IMG/VR virus record: IMGVR_UViG_2519899565_000030 | Reading direction: 5' to 3' (one strand) | From: a virus | Taxonomy: Duplodnaviria; Heunggongvirae; Uroviricota; Caudoviricetes | DNA length: 4,935 nt | Part shown: positions 1 to 4,935 of the stretch, piece after piece | Position numbering within the stretch: position 1 is the stretch's first letter | Layout of the letters: each line of letters starts with the position of its first letter | Translations under genes and position numbers: made by a program | Notes under the pieces: generated by a model | Database searches by the model: none | The model's input: only the letters and a program-made list of their open reading frames with translations | What the model was told of the DNA's origin: nothing

Positions 1-410
1 CTTCCTGGCCGCCAGTAGGGCAACGTTGTTGGTTATGGCCAACGACAGGGAAAGTTATCATGCCGTATTCGACAGCAGATGGCGGCAATAAAGGGATTGA
101 TATCTCAGCTCCACGGGGTACACCTATTTACGCCGCGGGTGCAGGAAAGGTGGTGTATGTGGGCAACCAGCTGCGTGGCTACGGTAATCTCATCATGATT
201 AAACACAGTGAAGATTACATTACGGCTTACGCCCATAATGACACGATGCTGGTAAATAATGGGCAAAGCGTGAAGGCTGGGCAAAAAATCGCCACTATGG
301 GGAGCACGGATGCGGCATCTGTTCGCCTGCATTTCCAGATTCGTTACCGTGCAACGGCAATTGATCCGCTACGTTACTTGCCGCCGCAGGGCAGCAAGCC
401 AAAATGCTGA
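1..410 (+). CDS. ygeR: 5'-truncated CDS: C-terminal part of an M23 (LytM/NlpD-family) peptidase-domain lipoprotein, YgeR/NlpD-like; stop TGA at 408-410
   Basis: The reading frame is open from base 3 to the window edge, so the gene starts upstream. The translation (GGNKGIDI...[58 protein letters not shown]...RLHFQIRY...IDPLRYLP) matches the conserved C-terminal M23 peptidase domain of E. coli NlpD as I recall it. The symbol is inferred from adjacency to a glyU-like tRNA, as I recall for E. coli ygeR; it could equally be another NlpD paralogue. Confidence 0.85.
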   Translation, partial: SWPPVGQRCWLWPTTGKVIMPYSTADGGNKGIDISAPRGTPIYAAGAGKVVYVGNQLRGYGNLIMIKHSEDYITAYAHNDTMLVNNGQSVKAGQKIATMGSTDAASVRLHFQIRYRATAIDPLRYLPPQGSKPKC

Positions 411-488
411 TGGCGAATTAATCAGCAGTCAGCAGCGCGGCACTTGCTAAGGAGAGCGTAAGGTTTATAATGCCTTACGCATCTCGAA

Positions 489-562
489 GCGGGCGTAGTT
501 CAATGGTAGAACAAGAGCTTCCCAAGCTCTATACGAGGGTTCGATTCCCTTCGCCCGCTCCA
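489..562 (+). tRNA. glyU: tRNA-Gly, anticodon CCC (glyU-like), 74 nt with encoded CCA
   Basis: Cloverleaf read directly: acceptor stem GCGGGCG pairs with CGCCCGC, D-arm GTTC/AATGGTA/GAAC, anticodon stem AGAGC/GCTCT with loop TTCCCAA (anticodon CCC), T-arm GAGGG/TTCGATT/CCCTT, discriminator T, CCA at 560-562. Near-identical to E. coli glyU from memory. Confidence 0.95.
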
Positions 563-696
563 TGACCATTCTTAAAGTCTACTAACTTACTGAATCCTAA
601 GGGATACGGCTTAAAGCCTTCCGATAGTTTTACTCACTGTAACCAACACTGTGACTAACTTTGTTGAAGTAGTGAGCAGACCTAAGGTCTCAGTAC

Positions 697-2975
<2,279 letters not shown>

Positions 2976-2983
2976 GGGGGGGG
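2976..2983. repeat. Homopolymeric G8 tract between P1 and P2; a complementary C6 tract lies at 3018-3023
   Basis: Read directly from the sequence: GGGAAGGGGGGGG upstream of P2 and TCCCCCCGGG downstream of its +1. Confidence 0.9.
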
Positions 2984-3006
2984 ACTAAACTATCACTATA
3001 GGGGAG
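2984..3006 (+). promoter_or_regulatory. P2: phage-type (T7/T3-like) single-subunit RNAP promoter motif, predicted +1 at G3001
   Basis: ACTAAACTATCACTATA|GGGGAG. Positions -8 to +3 (TCACTATAGGG) are identical to the T7 consensus TAATACGACTCACTATAGGGAGA. Positions -12/-11 are A,C as in T3, not C,G as in T7. The 21-mer GACTAAACTATCACTATAGGG (2983-3003) recurs exactly at 3541-3561. Confidence 0.6.
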
Positions 3007-3208
3007 AGACCCTAAGTCCCCCCGGGCTTAATACAGCCACCGACCCACACATTCATTAAGTCTCAGGCTTCCGGTAGCGGACCGATTGGAAACCATCCGC
3101 AATAAGCCTAGTGTTAAATCACCTTGGCCTGAGACCATTCCCTTTAACGTAGCAATCTCTCTCCTTTGACAGGCGGAGAACATCAGACCGCAGCGGAAGT
3201 ATCCGTCT

Positions 3209-3559
3209 ATGCGACCATCGGTGTGCGAGATTGTGAAGAACCAAGACATCATTGCTGAGGTCTGCCATCCATTTGTGGACAGGCGGAAACTCAAAAAGGT
3301 TAGACCAGTGGTGTCTGAGGTTGGAGCTTTGAGCCTGACCAGCAGGCTTGAGGAGACCATGAGTTCATCTTGTTATGGATTGTGTTATCACAATTCCAAT
3401 AAGAAGAACTTTAAGTCCAGCCTCCAGTCCTGTCAGCCCGAAGTATACTACGGTCGCTATGATGTGGTTCTCCATACTTCGGGTCTAACTGGAAGTACTG
3501 AACACTTTCGCGTCAGGTTCTCCGAAGTTCATTCCTGTTTGACTAAACTATCACTATAG
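3209..3559 (+). CDS. Hypothetical small protein (116 aa), uncertain; lies between P2 and P3 and its stop codon TAG is the TAG of the P3 core
   Basis: ORF with a possible SD (GGAAG, 3195-3199) 9 nt before the ATG. No recognisable family and some rare Arg codons. An overlapping antisense ORF exists, so coding status is unproven. Confidence 0.25.
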   Translation: MRPSVCEIVKNQDIIAEVCHPFVDRRKLKKVRPVVSEVGALSLTSRLEETMSSSCYGLCYHNSNKKNFKSSLQSCQPEVYYGRYDVVLHTSGLTGSTEHFRVRFSEVHSCLTKLSL

Positions 3560-3564
3560 GGACC
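3542..3564 (+). promoter_or_regulatory. P3: second exact copy of the phage-type RNAP promoter motif, predicted +1 at G3559; about 306 nt upstream of the Rha-family gene
   Basis: ACTAAACTATCACTATA|GGGACC. Identical to P2 over 3541-3561. Correctly oriented to transcribe the Rha gene and the downstream small ORF. Confidence 0.6.
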
Positions 3565-3864
3565 ATATCTCGCCTCTGACCTCCTGAGAGACGGCAAGCG
3601 AGAAACCGTGGTCCACGCTAGCTTGCTAGCCACCAGCCTCTGGTCAGCCTTTGTGTTCTTTGGTCTCGTGACTTAAGTCTATCACCACACACGCTCGGAC
3701 ATGCTGTCGAACCTTCATCTCTATGGTCATCGCAGACCACTAACCCCAATTACCTCAAGTCATTCTGTTTGCGTCCTGTTGCCTGCTGGTCTCCCTTTAC
3801 GTGGGGGCTTGAGTAGGTCAGTGGGGGTGCGACTTCAGGGTGCAAACAAAAGGAGTACACGTAA

Positions 3865-4593
3865 ATGTCTCAACAAGAAATCAGCGTCATTAACCTCGAC
3901 CAGCTTGTCTCCATGACCTCAGTTGAAATTGCTGAGCTGACAGGCAAGGAGCACCGAAATGTCCTACGTGATATTCGCAATATGGCTGAGGAGCTTAACG
4001 CGCTCAAAACTGAGCAGTGCTCAAAACTGAGCAGTCATATCGGGGTGACTGAAGATGTCTATCTAAACGCGCAGGGGAAACAGCAGCCTCTGTACCGTCT
4101 CGACCGTAAGCATACTTTCATTCTGGTCGCTGGCTATTCCGTTCACCTCCGCGCCAAGTGTTACGACCATATTCAGACGTTAGAGCGTCGAGTCCTTCAA
4201 CTGGAAGACCAGAAGAAGCGAGCAGCCATTCAGTCCGCTAACCGCCGAGGCGTGACTTGGGGCGACTACTGCAAAACCTATGGTCTACCCGCTCAGAAGC
4301 TAATGACCGCACTTCTTCAGCATCGTGGTCTCTTTCGTAAGAACCCAATCAGTAACGAGTGGTCTGTAAATCCAAAGTATTCCGACTGCTTCCGTATCAT
4401 TAAGCCGTCAGACCAGAAGTTCTCAGCAGGTGGTTATAACTTTCGCTTCAACGCTAAGGGATTGGAGGTCTTCGGTAAGCCTGCGATAGTCGATAAACTG
4501 CGAGGCATCCTTATTGCCTTCACTGGCACCGACCAGCAGAAGCAAGAGCATCTCCTGAAGCAAGCCCAATCCGGCAAGCTGGAGGGACTCTAA
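3865..4593 (+). CDS. rha: Rha-family phage regulatory protein (N-terminal Phage_pRha-like domain) with a C-terminal domain of unknown function, 242 aa
   Basis: SD AGGAG (3851-3855) 9 nt before the ATG. N-terminal motifs MTSVEIAELTGKEHRNVLRDIRN ... YLNAQGKQQPLYRLDRKHTFILVAGYS match the Rha domain as I recall it from phage phi80 Rha (IAEAFGKRHDDVLKSIR ... YKNEQGRKQPMYTMTKDGFTFLVMGFTG). Confidence 0.88.
   Translation: MSQQEISVINLDQLVSMTSVEIAELTGKEHRNVLRDIRNMAEELNALKTEQCSKLSSHIGVTEDVYLNAQGKQQPLYRLDRKHTFILVAGYSVHLRAKCYDHIQTLERRVLQLEDQKKRAAIQSANRRGVTWGDYCKTYGLPAQKLMTALLQHRGLFRKNPISNEWSVNPKYSDCFRIIKPSDQKFSAGGYNFRFNAKGLEVFGKPAIVDKLRGILIAFTGTDQQKQEHLLKQAQSGKLEGL
4002..4035 (+). repeat. Perfect tandem direct repeat, 2 x 17 bp (GCTCAAAACTGAGCAGT), inside the Rha CDS
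   Basis: Read directly: 4002-4018 equals 4019-4035. The unit length is not a multiple of 3, so the two copies encode different amino acids (ALKTEQ / CSKLSS) in the variable linker of the Rha domain. Confidence 0.9.
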
Positions 4594-4594
4594 G

Positions 4595-4795
4595 ATGATT
4601 GACCCGCGCACACCTATTGGTCGTGCAACTCTCCGCTACCGTGGTCTGCCTACCCGTCACCTCCTGTCCCTGCTGAGACTTGGAGTCGATAACCCTGATC
4701 GCCCTTACTACAGTCGAGACGAGCTGATAGCGATGCTGGTCGACCGTGATTTGAATAATCAGTTACGTCGAGCCTTTGCGAAACTGGAGTCTTAA
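4595..4795 (+). CDS. Hypothetical small protein (66 aa), apparently translationally coupled to the Rha-family gene
   Basis: SD-like GGAGGGA (4579-4585) about 9 nt before the ATG. The ATG lies 1 nt after the upstream TAA stop. Arg-rich; no recognisable motif. Confidence 0.5.
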   Translation: MIDPRTPIGRATLRYRGLPTRHLLSLLRLGVDNPDRPYYSRDELIAMLVDRDLNNQLRRAFAKLES

Positions 4796-4802
4796 CATCT
4801 CC

Positions 4803-4812
4803 GGAAATTTCC
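4803..4812. promoter_or_regulatory. Perfect 10-bp palindrome GGAAATTTCC in the intergenic region after the 66-aa ORF; possible protein-binding site
   Basis: The sequence is self-complementary. It sits 8 nt after the stop codon and about 115 nt before the next start codon. No T-run follows, so it is not a typical intrinsic terminator. Confidence 0.25.
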
Positions 4813-4925
4813 AGACCTTAACCAACCTTATTTAAAACCTTTTGAGATGACCGATGCGGGGAGACCCGTAGGCATTACTGTGTCTGCGATACCGATAGTC
4901 TCAACTCTCAAGAGGAGTAATTACT

Positions 4926-4935
4926 ATGTCTAGCG
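4926..4935 (+). CDS. Probable 5' start of a further gene running off the window (ATG at 4926)
   Basis: SD AGGAG (4913-4917) 8 nt upstream of the ATG. Only 10 nt of coding sequence are visible. Confidence 0.35.

Noticed and set aside
105-332. Minus-strand 75-aa ORF
   Set aside because: Lies entirely inside the well-supported M23 peptidase coding region on the opposite strand; no RBS and no recognisable motifs. Frame artefact.
563-640. Possible intrinsic terminator after the tRNA (GGCTTAAAGCC followed by a short T-run)
   Set aside because: Stem is only about 4-5 bp with a minimal loop and the T-run is interrupted; not a convincing rho-independent terminator. The native tRNA terminator was probably displaced by the insertion.
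625-647. T7-consensus-like motif TAGTTTTACTCACTGTAACC upstream of the integrase
   Set aside because: Matches T7 at positions -10 to -4 (ACTCACT) but has G at -3 and lacks the GGG initiation region; it is also unlike P2/P3 in the specificity region. More likely chance resemblance or a decayed site; worth re-examining only if phage-RNAP transcription of int is observed.
3168-3287. 10-bp direct repeat GACAGGCGGA (3168-3177 and 3278-3287) and 8-bp inverted repeat TCTCAGGC/GCCTGAGA (3061-3068 and 3127-3134)
   Set aside because: Exact repeats of 8-10 bp are expected several times by chance in a 4.9-kb window; no supporting structure or conservation visible.
3028-3360. Minus-strand 110-aa ORF in the promoter-bracketed region
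   Set aside because: Antisense to all three phage-type promoters and to the overlapping + strand ORF; no SD; composition not protein-like. May still be noncoding-transcribed but is not called as a CDS.
3701-3916. 71-aa + strand ORF overlapping the Rha start
   Set aside because: No SD; runs through the strong SD and ATG of the Rha-family gene in another frame; the region is better explained as a 5' leader.
4423-4611. Minus-strand 62-aa ORF
   Set aside because: Antisense within the Rha-family CDS; leucine-rich artefact of the reverse frame.

Overview
The window crosses a chromosome-to-island junction. Bases 1-562 look like enterobacterial core genome: the 3' end of an M23/NlpD-family peptidase gene (YgeR-like) and an intact tRNA-Gly(CCC). 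Directly downstream begins what looks like the left end of an integrated element: a 535-aa tyrosine integrase, then a translationally coupled zinc-ribbon/DUF4145-like gene. After that comes about 0.9 kb with no convincing coding sequence, carrying three motifs that resemble T7/T3-type single-subunit phage RNA polymerase promoters; two of them are an identical 21-mer. The second identical copy sits about 300 nt upstream of a Rha-family regulator gene, which is followed by a coupled 66-aa ORF and the start of another gene. The most interesting reading is an island or prophage whose Rha module is wired to a T7-like phage RNA polymerase. This is either a temperate T7-like prophage end or a satellite/defence island that senses a T7-like helper phage; the window alone cannot tell which. 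All protein-family calls come from reading motifs by eye in the supplied translations; no database search was run.
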